Source: Verrucomicrobiia bacterium (GTDB taxonomy: Bacteria > Verrucomicrobiota > Verrucomicrobiia > Limisphaerales > CAIMTB01). From it: a stretch of DNA of 64,000 nt. Made by a program: the position numbers and the translations under genes. Where the stretch lies: contig JAHCBA010000002.1 in NCBI GenBank assembly GCA_019634625.1, positions 78,114-142,113 of the forward strand, given 5' to 3'. Shown here in pieces: positions 8,886 to 18,319 of this stretch. Position 1 is the stretch's first letter, and every line of letters starts with the position of its first letter. Under the pieces are notes generated by a model that saw only the letters and a program-made list of their open reading frames with translations, was not told the origin of the DNA and ran no database searches.

Positions 8886-8983
8886 GCTCGACCGTCCCGC
8901 CTCCGGCCACATCACCGCCCGAAGACCCATTCAATTCCCCCGGCGAGATTCCCTTCCGGACGCCCGAGTTGCTTCACCGCCCA
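8886..8983 (+). repeat. Family-C ~100-bp intergenic repeat, copy C1
   Basis: GCTCGACCGTCCCGCCTCCGGCCACATCACCGCCCGAAGAC...TCCCCCGGCGAGATTCCCTT...CTTCACCGCCC matches 21653-21748 with scattered substitutions. Both copies lie upstream of plus-strand genes. Confidence 0.6.
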
Positions 8984-9027
8984 CCTCCCTTGACCGCGCA
9001 AAGCGCACCGTACCATCCTTCGCTCTC

Positions 9028-9456
9028 ATGTTGGAAAACAAGGCGAAGCTCCGTCGGATCGCGCTCCTGAGCAGTGGTCTCGTGTATGCCATCTCGCTCT
9101 TCTGTCCGGTCTTCAAATTGGCCGAAGGCAACTCGAGCTTTCTCCTGGGCTTTGTCTGTCTTCTGTTCGGCTTCGGGAAGCTCCCCTGGTATGCCAACCT
9201 GTTCTACTTCGCCAGTCTCATCGCATTGTTCCTGAGAAAGGCGCTCCTGACGGTGGTTCTGGCGGTTGTGGCGGTGGCCCTTGCCCTGACGACGCTTGGG
9301 ATCGAAGAGATGCCACGCAATGAAGCGGACAACATGACCGCCGTTGTCGGGTATGGTCCGGGCTTCTATCTGTGGCTGGGCAGCATGCTGATCGTACTGC
9401 TGGCTGCCTTCCCGGCTTCCGCGACGCCCAAAGCGACGATCCAAACGCCGCCGTGA
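9028..9456 (+). CDS. Hypothetical integral membrane protein (about 4 TM helices)
   Basis: 142-aa ORF with hydrophobic segments (LLSSGLVYAISLFCPVF, FLLGFVCLLFGF, LTVVLAVVAVALALT, FYLWLGSMLIVLLAAF). GC is visibly lower than in its neighbours. No family recognised. Confidence 0.6.
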   Translation: MLENKAKLRRIALLSSGLVYAISLFCPVFKLAEGNSSFLLGFVCLLFGFGKLPWYANLFYFASLIALFLRKALLTVVLAVVAVALALTTLGIEEMPRNEADNMTAVVGYGPGFYLWLGSMLIVLLAAFPASATPKATIQTPP

Positions 9457-9574
9457 AAGTGCCAACCCCGCTCCCATCACCCCTCCGGATCACCGTGCAG
9501 GAGCGGTTCTCGATGGAGTTCGATCCCGCGACCATGGAACGTCGATCCCTCCAGGCGTGGCGCAAGCGGCAGCC

Positions 9575-11704
9575 TCACTCCTGCAACCCGTAGCGGCGCA
9601 TCAGCTCCGGACTCATCCCTGGCCCGTCCCCCCCGAAGCGCTGCATCAGCTCCGGACTCATCGCCGCCCCGTCCCGCGGCGTGCCCGGTCGGGCGGGCCG
9701 CACCGGCAGGGGTGGGATGTCCCCGTGCGACGGTACGTCCGCCGGTTCCCCCTCGGCCACCGCTTCGGCCCGCAACGCTTCTCTCAGGGATTCCGCGACG
9801 TTCCCGCGCTGGATGATCAACCGGCGATTCCGCGGCCCGAGCGGCAGTGGCATGGTCCGCCGATACGCGTTGCCACCGCCCGACGACGACGGCGCATCCA
9901 AGGTCACCGCGATCTGGCCCACCTGGAGGTCCCGGTCGATTCCGTGCTGCTCCAGCAGCAACCGCTCCGCCGGACTGAGCCTGGCCTCAAGATCGATCTG
10001 CTGCCGCGTCAGTCCCAGGGCCCGCCCCTCGGCCATCGATCGCGATGCCCATCCCGCCATACCGGCCACTCCGCCCCACAATGCCACCAGAAGTCCGAGA
10101 CACGCGGCTCCCTGCCGTGGCAATCGCCTCCCGGCGTCGCCCGGCCGTACGAAGTTGCGCCACGCGAAGAACACTCCCAGTGCCGCCGGCACTGCCCCCG
10201 TCACCAGCATTAATTGGGGCACCCTGTCCCTCCATCCCCTACCCCGCCTCGCCATCGCCTCCCATGCGGCAGCGTCCAGACGCTCCGCCCGCATCCGCCA
10301 CGCCTCCGGATCCGCGGATCGTTCGATCATCAGCAGCCCGGTCGCTTCCTGGGCGGCTGCGGACCCGAACCGGGCCGTCAGGAAGGCCGCCGCGACGACG
10401 AAGGCCAGGACTCCCATGGCCGCAATCACCGCCCGCACCGGGTGGCCGGTTCCCGACGACATCAGCAGCGCCGTCACAAACACCACCCCCATGCCAATCG
10501 TCACGGCAACCACGTGCCGATGGATGCCGGTTTGACCGTCCCTCGCGGACGCCATCCAGGAAGCGGCCAGAATCACGACCAGCACTGGCAACGCGGCAAT
10601 CGCCATCTTGATCCACCACTGCGATCCGGGCGCAACCGGTTGGAGGCGCTGGCCGTCCGTCACGCCCAGACGTCGTTCCTCGGCGAACGCCGTCGCTCCC
10701 GCGAGCAGCACCACCAGTCCGAGCAGCGATCCCCCTCCCACGGCGAGCGCCTGCCCCATGTCAGATCCCGCGTACGCCAATCCTCCCGGCATCGCCAGCG
10801 CCACGCCCGCCAGGAGCAACCACCAGGTCGCCGCCTGCAGTCGAAGTTCCTTCCGCGCCAGCGTCGCCCACACCGGTGCCCTGCCGCCGTCTCCGATCCC
10901 GGCCAGCGTCCGAAGCCGCGGCAACCCGAGGAGCCCTTCCCCCGTCTCGCCTTCATCCTTCGCCTCCATCCGCCTCCAGCGGCGCCACGCCCCCAAACCC
11001 GTCCCCACGACATAGAGACCGAGCAGCAGCACCGGGACCAAGGTCTCGGAACCGAGCAAGGCAACCACGACGGCGAGGCCCAGCATTGGAATCGCCAGCG
11101 AGAAGACCAGGCCCGATAGCAACCCCCGGGTCAGAAGGGTCCAGTACGGCGTCGTGAACCCGGCCAACACGGCACTCATCCCCATCCCGACAACCAACCC
11201 CGCCCAGGCAGCGCCGAGGATTTCGGCCGTCCCCGCCGCCACCGCCCAATGCACCCCCAGTCCGACCGCCAGCACCGTCATCTTGGTCCGCCACCATGCC
11301 GCCCTGTCCACCGGCTGAGCCAGCATGCCCGCCAGGGTCCGTTGCTGGAACTCAGTCCCGAACGGGATCGCCGCCATCAACGCGCAGGTCGCCGCAAACA
11401 GCCAGGGCAGCAGCGTCATCGCCTCCTCGCCCAGCACCAGGTAGGGCATCTGCATCGCGAACAGGGACGCCAGCCAGGCCGGACGCAATTGATCCACCTC
11501 CTTGCGAACCGCCCACGGCAGCCGGACGACCAGCGCCGGCAATCCGAAGGCCAGCACGATCCCGACGGTCAAGAGCGACGCCCAACCGCCCCCGACCCGT
11601 TCCCCACCGGCCAGCACCGGCATCACCGGCAACAACAATGCCAGCCACCACGACGACGGCCGTACCAGTCCGGGCAGAGCAAGCGAATGGTTCATAACGT
11701 TCAT
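9575..11704 (-). CDS. ABC-2-type permease-like polytopic membrane protein (paralogue 2) with soluble C-terminal region
   Basis: 709 aa with many TM segments. Paralogous to 11701..13812 (shared N-terminal pattern and ...SPAE...RG.L.E.LREALR.E tail). ATGA overlap with the upstream gene (11701-11704). Confidence 0.7.
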   Translation of the reverse strand: MNVMNHSLALPGLVRPSSWWLALLLPVMPVLAGGERVGGGWASLLTVGIVLAFGLPALVVRLPWAVRKEVDQLRPAWLASLFAMQMPYLVLGEEAMTLLPWLFAATCALMAAIPFGTEFQQRTLAGMLAQPVDRAAWWRTKMTVLAVGLGVHWAVAAGTAEILGAAWAGLVVGMGMSAVLAGFTTPYWTLLTRGLLSGLVFSLAIPMLGLAVVVALLGSETLVPVLLLGLYVVGTGLGAWRRWRRMEAKDEGETGEGLLGLPRLRTLAGIGDGGRAPVWATLARKELRLQAATWWLLLAGVALAMPGGLAYAGSDMGQALAVGGGSLLGLVVLLAGATAFAEERRLGVTDGQRLQPVAPGSQWWIKMAIAALPVLVVILAASWMASARDGQTGIHRHVVAVTIGMGVVFVTALLMSSGTGHPVRAVIAAMGVLAFVVAAAFLTARFGSAAAQEATGLLMIERSADPEAWRMRAERLDAAAWEAMARRGRGWRDRVPQLMLVTGAVPAALGVFFAWRNFVRPGDAGRRLPRQGAACLGLLVALWGGVAGMAGWASRSMAEGRALGLTRQQIDLEARLSPAERLLLEQHGIDRDLQVGQIAVTLDAPSSSGGGNAYRRTMPLPLGPRNRRLIIQRGNVAESLREALRAEAVAEGEPADVPSHGDIPPLPVRPARPGTPRDGAAMSPELMQRFGGDGPGMSPELMRRYGLQE

Positions 11705-13812
11705 TCCCGGGGTTGAAAGGTCGGCATCTCGCCCCGAAGAGCCTCACGAAGGTCCTCCGGCAGTTCGCCCCGCTCGATGATCGTCGCCCGGTCCGCAGCG
11801 GACAGCGGCAACTGAAACGTCCGCCGACCGCCGAACATTTCCCTCCGCGGATCGGGCGCCTCTTCCTCCAACGGGTCGGACGCCGGTCGCAGCAACACCG
11901 GAACGATCCTCGCCGGGAAGTTCAACATGCTGCGTGGCACCTGCACGTTGGGTTGGCGCTGCTTGAGGTCCCGGTAGTACTCCCCCCACATGACCTCCCT
12001 CAATCGCACTTCCGCCGGCGACAAGGTCCGCTCAACGGCGAGCGCCCATCGGACATGGGTGAGCACCTGCCCACGCTCCCACCACCCGAGCGCCCCAACC
12101 GCCAACAGCACCCCGAGCAAGCACGTCGCCGTCAGGCCCAGCAACCACCAGGCGCCATCGCGCACCCATCGGAGGGGTGCCGACGCCGGACAGAAGAAGT
12201 TCCTTCGGGCCATCGCCAAGGCCAGCAGGATCGGGATCGCGGCAAGCAGGGGGATTCCCCGGATCCACTGCGGGGAGGAACGGGCTTCGAAGGGCGAAGA
12301 GTCCGGAGGCACGGGTGGCAGGGACGCCGCCAGGGCTCGCCACCGTTCCGGTCGTGTCCCGAGGGATGCCCACAGCCACTCCCGGACTTGCTCCGTTCCG
12401 CCCGCGAACAGCGCCACCGCTCCGACCGCCAGCACGCCGGCCATGGCGATCAGGACCAGGCTTCCGAGCAGGGCCCGCAACGCGTTGGCGGCACCCGATG
12501 ACACCAGCAACGCCACCGGGACCGCTCCGATGGCCAGTCCGGTCAGGATCAAAGGCATGGGAAACGCCAGGTGCCGCACAACTCCGTACACCGCGAAACA
12601 CGCCGGCACGCCCAACGCCAACGCCAGGACCCCCTTCACCCGCCACTGCCAGACCCGGGACACCGGAAGCAACAACTGGCCATCCAATGTCCCCAACCGT
12701 CGCTCCTCGGCGATCGCCGTGGCGCCCGCCAGCAGCATCGTCATCCCCGCCAGCAGAAGGACCAGTCCCTGCAGGCCCTGCGCCGCCATCCAGCCCGACG
12801 GCATCCCCTGCAGCACCACCCAGCACACCGCCATCACCCCGAGCGTCGCCAGGGTGACCGTCTGCAACCGCACTTCCTTGATCGCCAGCGTCACCAACCT
12901 GCCCCGGAGTCCATCGGCACCGGCGGAGCGCATGGCCCCGGGCTGCCGGGCGCTCCGGACGGTTCCACCCGCCCCCAGAAACACCCCCGCCGTCTCACCG
13001 GCCCCCGCGTCCGGTGCCTCCATCGTCTGCCACCGCCGCGCCGTCGCCACGGTCGCCGCCCCCGCATACGCCAGCAGCGCTCCCCAACCGAGAGCCGTCA
13101 TCCAACCGCTCCACATCCGCTCGCTTTCGGCGGGGCTGCCCCCCCACACGAGGATCCCAATGGCGGCGACGGCCACCGCCAGGACCGGGGCCGCCAGGGA
13201 GAACACGGCCCCCGCCAGCAGACTTCGCGTCAGCAACGTCCAGTACGGCGTCGCGCCCCACGCCACCGCTACGATTCCCAGCAACCCCACGGGAACACCC
13301 CCCGGAAGCGGCCGGCCCAGCGCGGCGGCGGACAGCATTGTCACCGCCCACAACAGCAGCAGCGCGGCTCCCGACACTCCCATCTTCACCCGCCACACCT
13401 CCCAGCGGGACACCGGCTGACTCAGCAGTCCCGGCAGGGTGCGATGCAGGAACTCGATGCCGAACGGCATGGCCGCCATCAGCACCGCTCCCCCCACGAG
13501 CAGCGGGACGGCCAGCCCACCCCCTTCATCCGCCGGCAGCAGCGCCACCTGCGCCGCCAGCACCGACCCCAGCCACGCCGTGCGCAGCACGGTCACATCC
13601 TTCCGCAACAGGCAGCCCGCCCGTTCGAGAACGGCGGGCAACCCCCACGTCAGCACCGCTCCCATCCCCGCCAGCACAGCCAGCCATATCCATTCCGCAC
13701 CGCGCTCCCCCGCGGCGCCCGCCAACCCGCCCAGCCATGGCAGCACCGGCAGCAGCAACGGCGCGTAACTCAACGGATGCCGCCCCACCCGGGGCATCGC
13801 GATCGCATGCAT
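11701..13812 (-). CDS. ABC-2-type permease-like polytopic membrane protein (paralogue 1)
   Basis: 703-aa polytopic protein that starts 16 nt after the ABC ATPase gene. Same architecture as 9575..11704. Confidence 0.7.
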   Translation of the reverse strand: MHAIAMPRVGRHPLSYAPLLLPVLPWLGGLAGAAGERGAEWIWLAVLAGMGAVLTWGLPAVLERAGCLLRKDVTVLRTAWLGSVLAAQVALLPADEGGGLAVPLLVGGAVLMAAMPFGIEFLHRTLPGLLSQPVSRWEVWRVKMGVSGAALLLLWAVTMLSAAALGRPLPGGVPVGLLGIVAVAWGATPYWTLLTRSLLAGAVFSLAAPVLAVAVAAIGILVWGGSPAESERMWSGWMTALGWGALLAYAGAATVATARRWQTMEAPDAGAGETAGVFLGAGGTVRSARQPGAMRSAGADGLRGRLVTLAIKEVRLQTVTLATLGVMAVCWVVLQGMPSGWMAAQGLQGLVLLLAGMTMLLAGATAIAEERRLGTLDGQLLLPVSRVWQWRVKGVLALALGVPACFAVYGVVRHLAFPMPLILTGLAIGAVPVALLVSSGAANALRALLGSLVLIAMAGVLAVGAVALFAGGTEQVREWLWASLGTRPERWRALAASLPPVPPDSSPFEARSSPQWIRGIPLLAAIPILLALAMARRNFFCPASAPLRWVRDGAWWLLGLTATCLLGVLLAVGALGWWERGQVLTHVRWALAVERTLSPAEVRLREVMWGEYYRDLKQRQPNVQVPRSMLNFPARIVPVLLRPASDPLEEEAPDPRREMFGGRRTFQLPLSAADRATIIERGELPEDLREALRGEMPTFQPRE

Positions 13813-13828
13813 CGTGCGTTCCTCCAGG

Positions 13829-14719
13829 TTAACGGCTCGAGACCACGAAGATCTCCTCCAGCGTCAGGGCCTCGACCTCGACGCTCTCCGGCCCCAACCC
13901 CCGCAGTTCCTCCACCACCCGCTCGGTGGCGCCGTTGGTCACCAGTTCGATCTCGCGCCCCTGACGTTTCTGGCGCAACACGCCGTCGAGCGGCACGGAC
14001 GGCGCCTCCCCGGCGAACCGGGCCCGCACCTTCCGGAACTTCGCCCGCGCCTCGTCGGCCTCCAGCGACAACGTCGCCCGCCCGTCCTCGATCACCGTGA
14101 ACCGGTCGATCAACCCCTCGAACTCGGCGATCAGATGCGTCGAGACAAACACCGTCCGCCGCCCCGGATCGGCGTCCTGATAGGCCCCGATCACCGCCTC
14201 GATGAATTCCCGCCGCACGATCGGGTCCAGCCCCGACGTCGGCTCGTCCAGCACCAGCAGTTCCGGTTCGGCACAGATGGCAGAGATCAGCGCGAGCTGG
14301 GTGCGCTGCCCCTTCGACAGCCCGCTCACCGGCTTCCCCGCGTCCAGCCGGAAACGGTCCAGCAGATCCGCCTCGGTCGTCCGGTTCCAGTTCGTGCGGA
14401 AGGACGCCGCGTAGTCCAGCGCCTCGCGGGCGCTCATCCACGGGTAGAACGCCACCTGGTCCGGCACATACGCCAGGCGCCGCTTCACCTCGAGTTCCTG
14501 CCGGGCCGGGTCCAGCCCGAACACCCGCACCGTCCCGGCGTCGGGCCGCAGGAGGTTCAGCAGGCACTTGATGGTGGTGGTCTTGCCGGCGCCGTTCCGG
14601 CCGAAGAAGCCGTAACAGCTCCCGGCCGGCACCGTCAGGTCCAGTCCGTTCACCGCGTCCGTCCGGCCGAAACGCCGGGTCAGACCGCGAATCTCGATGG
14701 CAGGGGATTCCGCACTCAT
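13829..14719 (-). CDS. ABC transporter ATP-binding protein
   Basis: Walker A GRNGAGKTT, signature LSKGQRTQ, Walker B LLVLDEPTSGLD. Confidence 0.95.
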   Translation of the reverse strand: MSAESPAIEIRGLTRRFGRTDAVNGLDLTVPAGSCYGFFGRNGAGKTTTIKCLLNLLRPDAGTVRVFGLDPARQELEVKRRLAYVPDQVAFYPWMSAREALDYAASFRTNWNRTTEADLLDRFRLDAGKPVSGLSKGQRTQLALISAICAEPELLVLDEPTSGLDPIVRREFIEAVIGAYQDADPGRRTVFVSTHLIAEFEGLIDRFTVIEDGRATLSLEADEARAKFRKVRARFAGEAPSVPLDGVLRQKRQGREIELVTNGATERVVEELRGLGPESVEVEALTLEEIFVVSSR

Positions 14720-14722
14720 GGC

Positions 14723-15124
14723 TCAGCTCTCGTTCTCCTTTCGCGCCGCGCGGAAATGGTCCAGCCGACCCTTCACCAGCCGCAGCACTTCGTCGTCCGA
14801 CACCCGCAGGTGGTGCGCCTGCACGACGCAGGCATCCACCAGCGGCACCAGCATTTCGGTTCGCGCCGCCTTGTGATACCGCGTCTGGCCGTTCCGCAGG
14901 AAGCAGCCCTTGCCCGGACGCGTCTCGATCACGCCCTCGCGCTCCAGCTCGAGGTAGGCCTTGGCCACCGTGTTGCGGTTGATCCGGAGCTGCTCCGACA
15001 GCGGACGGATCCCCGGCAGCGGTTCCCCCGGGTGAAGCGCCCCCGACGCCGCGGCGGCCTTGATCTGGTCCATGATCTGCGCATAGACCGGCTGCCCGAG
15101 ATCGAACTGGACCTGGATTCTCAT
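14723..15124 (-). CDS. GntR-family transcriptional regulator, short YtrA-like type
   Basis: Winged-HTH region PLPGIRPLSEQLRINRNTVAKAYLELEREGVIETRPGKGCFL. At 133 aa it has no large effector domain. First gene of the ABC operon. Confidence 0.9.
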   Translation of the reverse strand: MRIQVQFDLGQPVYAQIMDQIKAAAASGALHPGEPLPGIRPLSEQLRINRNTVAKAYLELEREGVIETRPGKGCFLRNGQTRYHKAARTEMLVPLVDACVVQAHHLRVSDDEVLRLVKGRLDHFRAARKENES

Positions 15125-15134
15125 GGCGACGGCG

Positions 15135-15158
15135 ACTGTCCTATTACACTAGGACAGT
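15135..15158. promoter_or_regulatory. Candidate GntR operator (perfect 9-bp inverted repeat)
   Basis: ACTGTCCTA-TTACAC-TAGGACAGT lies 11 nt upstream of the GntR start codon. It contains the GT...AC core typical of GntR-family operators. Confidence 0.55.
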
Positions 15159-15200
15159 GATGTCAAGCGGCATCCTTGGGCGGGGTGCGCCTGCCGTGCA

Positions 15201-15707
15201 TCAGGATGGAATTTCGAGATGTTTTCGAACGCTGGCAACCGATTCCTCGTCGTGAAACGGACCGTCCTCACAGGCATAGACCATCCCGACATTGCCAATC
15301 CCAAGGTAGTCGCAGAAATTGCGGAAGGCCTGGGTCAGGGTGGCATCCGGCGCGGGATCGCTTCCCGTCGATAGCAGGGCAAACCGGCATCCCCTCAACT
15401 TCCTTCCGAGTGGCTTCTGCGAAACGAGAAGATCGGAAAAGCGGTCTATAAATATCTTCATCGGTGTGGAGTAGGAGTACCAATAGACCGGGGTGGCCAA
15501 CACAGTGACAGGCGCCTCCACGATGCGTTCGACGATCCCGATGAAGTCATCGTCGTCCGCATACTCCTGCTCATAGGAAAAGTGCGCGATCCTTTGATGG
15601 CGCAGATCGAGGACATGGCAGGGATGCCCCTCAACGAGGCGATGAAGGGCCCTGGCCGTGTTGCCGTCGCTGCGAAGGCTTCCAAGGAGGGCGATGGAAT
15701 GGCTCAT
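15201..15707 (-). CDS. Flavodoxin-like fold NAD(P)H-dependent FMN reductase family protein
   Basis: MSHSIALLGSLRSDGNTARAL... and ATPVYWYSYSTPMKIFIDR are typical of this family. Confidence 0.75.
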   Translation of the reverse strand: MSHSIALLGSLRSDGNTARALHRLVEGHPCHVLDLRHQRIAHFSYEQEYADDDDFIGIVERIVEAPVTVLATPVYWYSYSTPMKIFIDRFSDLLVSQKPLGRKLRGCRFALLSTGSDPAPDATLTQAFRNFCDYLGIGNVGMVYACEDGPFHDEESVASVRKHLEIPS

Positions 15708-15761
15708 GTCACGTTCGAATACTCATGGACTCACGGTCCGGTTCAACGCCCAGGCTTCCAC

Positions 15762-16526
15762 CTATCGCGTGACGAAGCCCCCGTTCACAAACAGGGTTTG
15801 CCCGGTAACCCATTGGGAGGCGGGCGAGACCAGGAACTCCACCATCGGCACAATGTCCTCGATCCTTCCCAAGCGCCCCGCAGGACTTGCCGCACTGAGA
15901 TAGGCCACTGCCTCCGGCGTCTCCTGACCGTGGAAAAATGCCGTATCCACAGGGCCGGGAGCGACCACATTGACGGTGACACCCCTGCTCCCAATCTCCT
16001 TGGACAAGGCCCGCGTGAAATCCTCCAGCGGTGCCTTCGAACCGGCATAGACGGCGTAGTATCCTGTGTACGCACCCAGGAGCGAGGTTCCGATCGAGAT
16101 GATGCGGCCATTGTCGCTGATGTGCCGTGCTGCCTCCTGCATGACAAGAAAGGCCGCCCTGGCATTGGTGGCGAACGAGCGGTCAAAATCCTCCTCGGTG
16201 TAATCGACAAACGGCTTCTTGATCACAATCCCGACGCAGTTGATGACCACATCGACCGTCCCGAACTCCGTCCTCGCGCGGGCGAAAATCCGTCGCACCA
16301 CGTCGCCATCGGCAATGTCGCCGTCAACAACAACGGATTTGGAACCAAGGCGCTCCACGGCAGCCGCGGTCGTGGCGGCATCGCCGGAGGAGGATGCGCC
16401 GTGATGATGGACAACGATGTTCGCCCCTTTCCGGGCCAGGGCTTCCGCGAAGGCCCGTCCCATATTGCGAGCCGAACCGAGGATGATAGCTGTCTTGTCT
16501 TTCAGCATGTGTGTGTTGGTGGTCAT
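15762..16526 (-). CDS. Short-chain dehydrogenase/reductase (SDR)
   Basis: Internal ATG of ORF 15762..16616. KTAIILGSARNMG (glycine-rich NAD site), YAGSKAPLEDF (YxxxK), VNVVAPGPVDT. Confidence 0.9.
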   Translation of the reverse strand: MTTNTHMLKDKTAIILGSARNMGRAFAEALARKGANIVVHHHGASSSGDAATTAAAVERLGSKSVVVDGDIADGDVVRRIFARARTEFGTVDVVINCVGIVIKKPFVDYTEEDFDRSFATNARAAFLVMQEAARHISDNGRIISIGTSLLGAYTGYYAVYAGSKAPLEDFTRALSKEIGSRGVTVNVVAPGPVDTAFFHGQETPEAVAYLSAASPAGRLGRIEDIVPMVEFLVSPASQWVTGQTLFVNGGFVTR

Positions 16527-16739
16527 GGCAGCGCGCAACGTGGCAGCGCCTGCCCTGGCGCCCCACGAAGACGAGGCGACCTTCGTTGAATGGGAGGCCG
16601 GGGGCAAGGCCCTCACCGGACCTGGGCCTGAGGTCTTGAAATCTGGGCGCAGGTTCCGCCGTCAACGCGACGCTTCGTGGCCATGGCGAGATCGGGGACC
16701 TTGGCGTGCGACGCACGACCGCCAGGGCCTTCCAGCCCG

Positions 16740-16897
16740 GTGCATTCCGGAGTTGTGGGTGAGGAGGGAACTCCGCTGAGGGGCGCTTCGGAGGGCCGAG
16801 TTCCACGAGGCCGCAACGGTGTGGAGCGTTGGGTTGAGGACTCGCAGAGCTCGTCCCTCCGATTCGCTTCCTTCTCACCCACAATTCCGGGATGCAC
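16740..16897 (+). mobile_element. Family-B nested-hairpin MITE-like element, full copy B2
   Basis: Outer inverted repeats are GTGCATTCCGGAGTTGTGGGTGAGGAGG / CCTTCTCACCCACAATTCCGGGATGCAC. The inner hairpin is CGGAGGGCCGAGTTCCACGAGGCC...GGACTCGCAGAGCTCGTCCCTCCG. Flanked by the direct repeat CTTCCAGCCCG (16729-16739 and 16900-16910). Confidence 0.7.
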
Positions 16898-17050
16898 GGC
16901 TTCCAGCCCGATTTGAGCGAAACCTCTTGCATTGCCTCGCCGAATTATGTTCATCAGTCTCCTGATCCGTTTGATCGTCGGCGTTCCCGGGCATTTTTCG
17001 ACATCACCCTCGCCCCCTCCCCCCGAAGCCCCTCCTCAATCATCCCCCCA

Positions 17051-18307
17051 ATGATTTCCACTCCGCGCAGTCGGTGCCCCTTCGGTGCCATTTTTGCCAG
17101 GTTCATTCATGGCCGCGACCGCAACTGTGAAGAGAGGCGGACGCAGTTGATTGATTTCGCCCAGCTCGCCTTGCAGGTCGAGTTCGCCACCATTCCGGTC
17201 TATCTGACCGGGATGTATTCCATCGCCGACAGGAGTTGCGCCGCCTATCAAACGCTGCGGTCGGTGGTGATGGAGGAGATGTTCCATGCCAATCTGGCGG
17301 CGAACCTGGTTGTGGCCCTCGGGGGCCGGCCACGCTTTACGGACGATGCCGCGCCCGTTTACCCGGGCTATCTGCCGCATGCCAATGAAGCCACCACGCC
17401 CAGGATCGGTCTCTTCCGGGCATCCGCCGAGGTCTTCAACAAGGTGTACGCAGCCATCGAAAGCCCGGCGCCGGGCGGTGCTCCCGCGCAGGATGACCGG
17501 TACGACAGCATCGCCCAGTTGTACGGGGCGCTCCGGGAGGCGATCGATGCTTACCCCGGCAATCCATTCGAGGTGTCCCCCGGGAAGTGCCGGGGCCGGC
17601 AGAGAACCGATATCTACCTCGGCAAATTCGGGGGACAGGTGGTCGAGGTGACTGACAAGGCCAGCGCCCTTCACGCCATTAAACAGATCGTCGAGCAGGG
17701 CGAAGGGATCGTACCGGGAGGGGAAAAGCCCCTGGTACCGGTCGAACCTTTCGGGGCCTACAACCATTACGGTCCACGCACCGATGGCACCTACGGTCCG
17801 ATCATCGGGACGCCCGAGGAAATGAGCCATTTCATGAAGTTCCGGCAGATTGCCTTCGCGACCACGACGTTTCCCGAGACGCTGCCCATTCTGTCGGACC
17901 CGAGCCTCGATCAGTTCAGCAACCCCGATGCGCGTCAGCTGGCCGAGGCTTTCAATCGAGCCTACAGCCTGATGCTGGTGAATTTCGAGAGGAGCTTTTC
18001 CAACGAGGGTGACCCATATTTCGGAATCGTTCTGCAACTCATGCACCGCGTGCTTCCGGGGCTGGCAGTGAGCCTGATGAACACACCGGCGCACGCCGGA
18101 GGGGACGCCTCGGTGGGCCCCAACGCGGCGCCCACCTGGACGTACCTGCCCATGGAGCGGAAGGAGGAGGATTGCGGGGAGTGCATCGAGGGCCTGGAAC
18201 GGCTGCTTTCCGGAGGGGCACCCGAGACCCCTTCCGCGCAGGCCCTGGCCCATGCCCTCGACGCCTGGCGGCATCTCGCCGCACCTCCCCTGACGTCTGC
18301 CACTTGA
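17051..18307 (+). CDS. Ferritin-like domain protein
   Basis: Internal ATG at 17051; the longer ORF start at 16892 lies inside the B2 element. LALQVEFATIPVYLTGMYSI and VMEEMFHANLAANLVVALGG resemble the uncharacterised ferritin-like family. The gene ends 12 nt before the LodA-like gene. Confidence 0.7.
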   Translation: MISTPRSRCPFGAIFARFIHGRDRNCEERRTQLIDFAQLALQVEFATIPVYLTGMYSIADRSCAAYQTLRSVVMEEMFHANLAANLVVALGGRPRFTDDAAPVYPGYLPHANEATTPRIGLFRASAEVFNKVYAAIESPAPGGAPAQDDRYDSIAQLYGALREAIDAYPGNPFEVSPGKCRGRQRTDIYLGKFGGQVVEVTDKASALHAIKQIVEQGEGIVPGGEKPLVPVEPFGAYNHYGPRTDGTYGPIIGTPEEMSHFMKFRQIAFATTTFPETLPILSDPSLDQFSNPDARQLAEAFNRAYSLMLVNFERSFSNEGDPYFGIVLQLMHRVLPGLAVSLMNTPAHAGGDASVGPNAAPTWTYLPMERKEEDCGECIEGLERLLSGGAPETPSAQALAHALDAWRHLAAPPLTSAT

Positions 18308-18319
18308 ACCGACACAGCC

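Noticed and set aside
8520-8993. ORF 8520..8993 containing an IKIKIKIK repeat.
   Set aside because: The repeat is simply the GATTAA microsatellite read in frame. The rest spans hairpins and the family-C repeat and has no protein-like features.
16892-17050. The longer start (16892) for the ferritin-like gene.
   Set aside because: The extra 53 codons begin inside the right arm of the family-B element B2 and encode a non-conserved-looking leader. The ATG at 17051 is more plausible.
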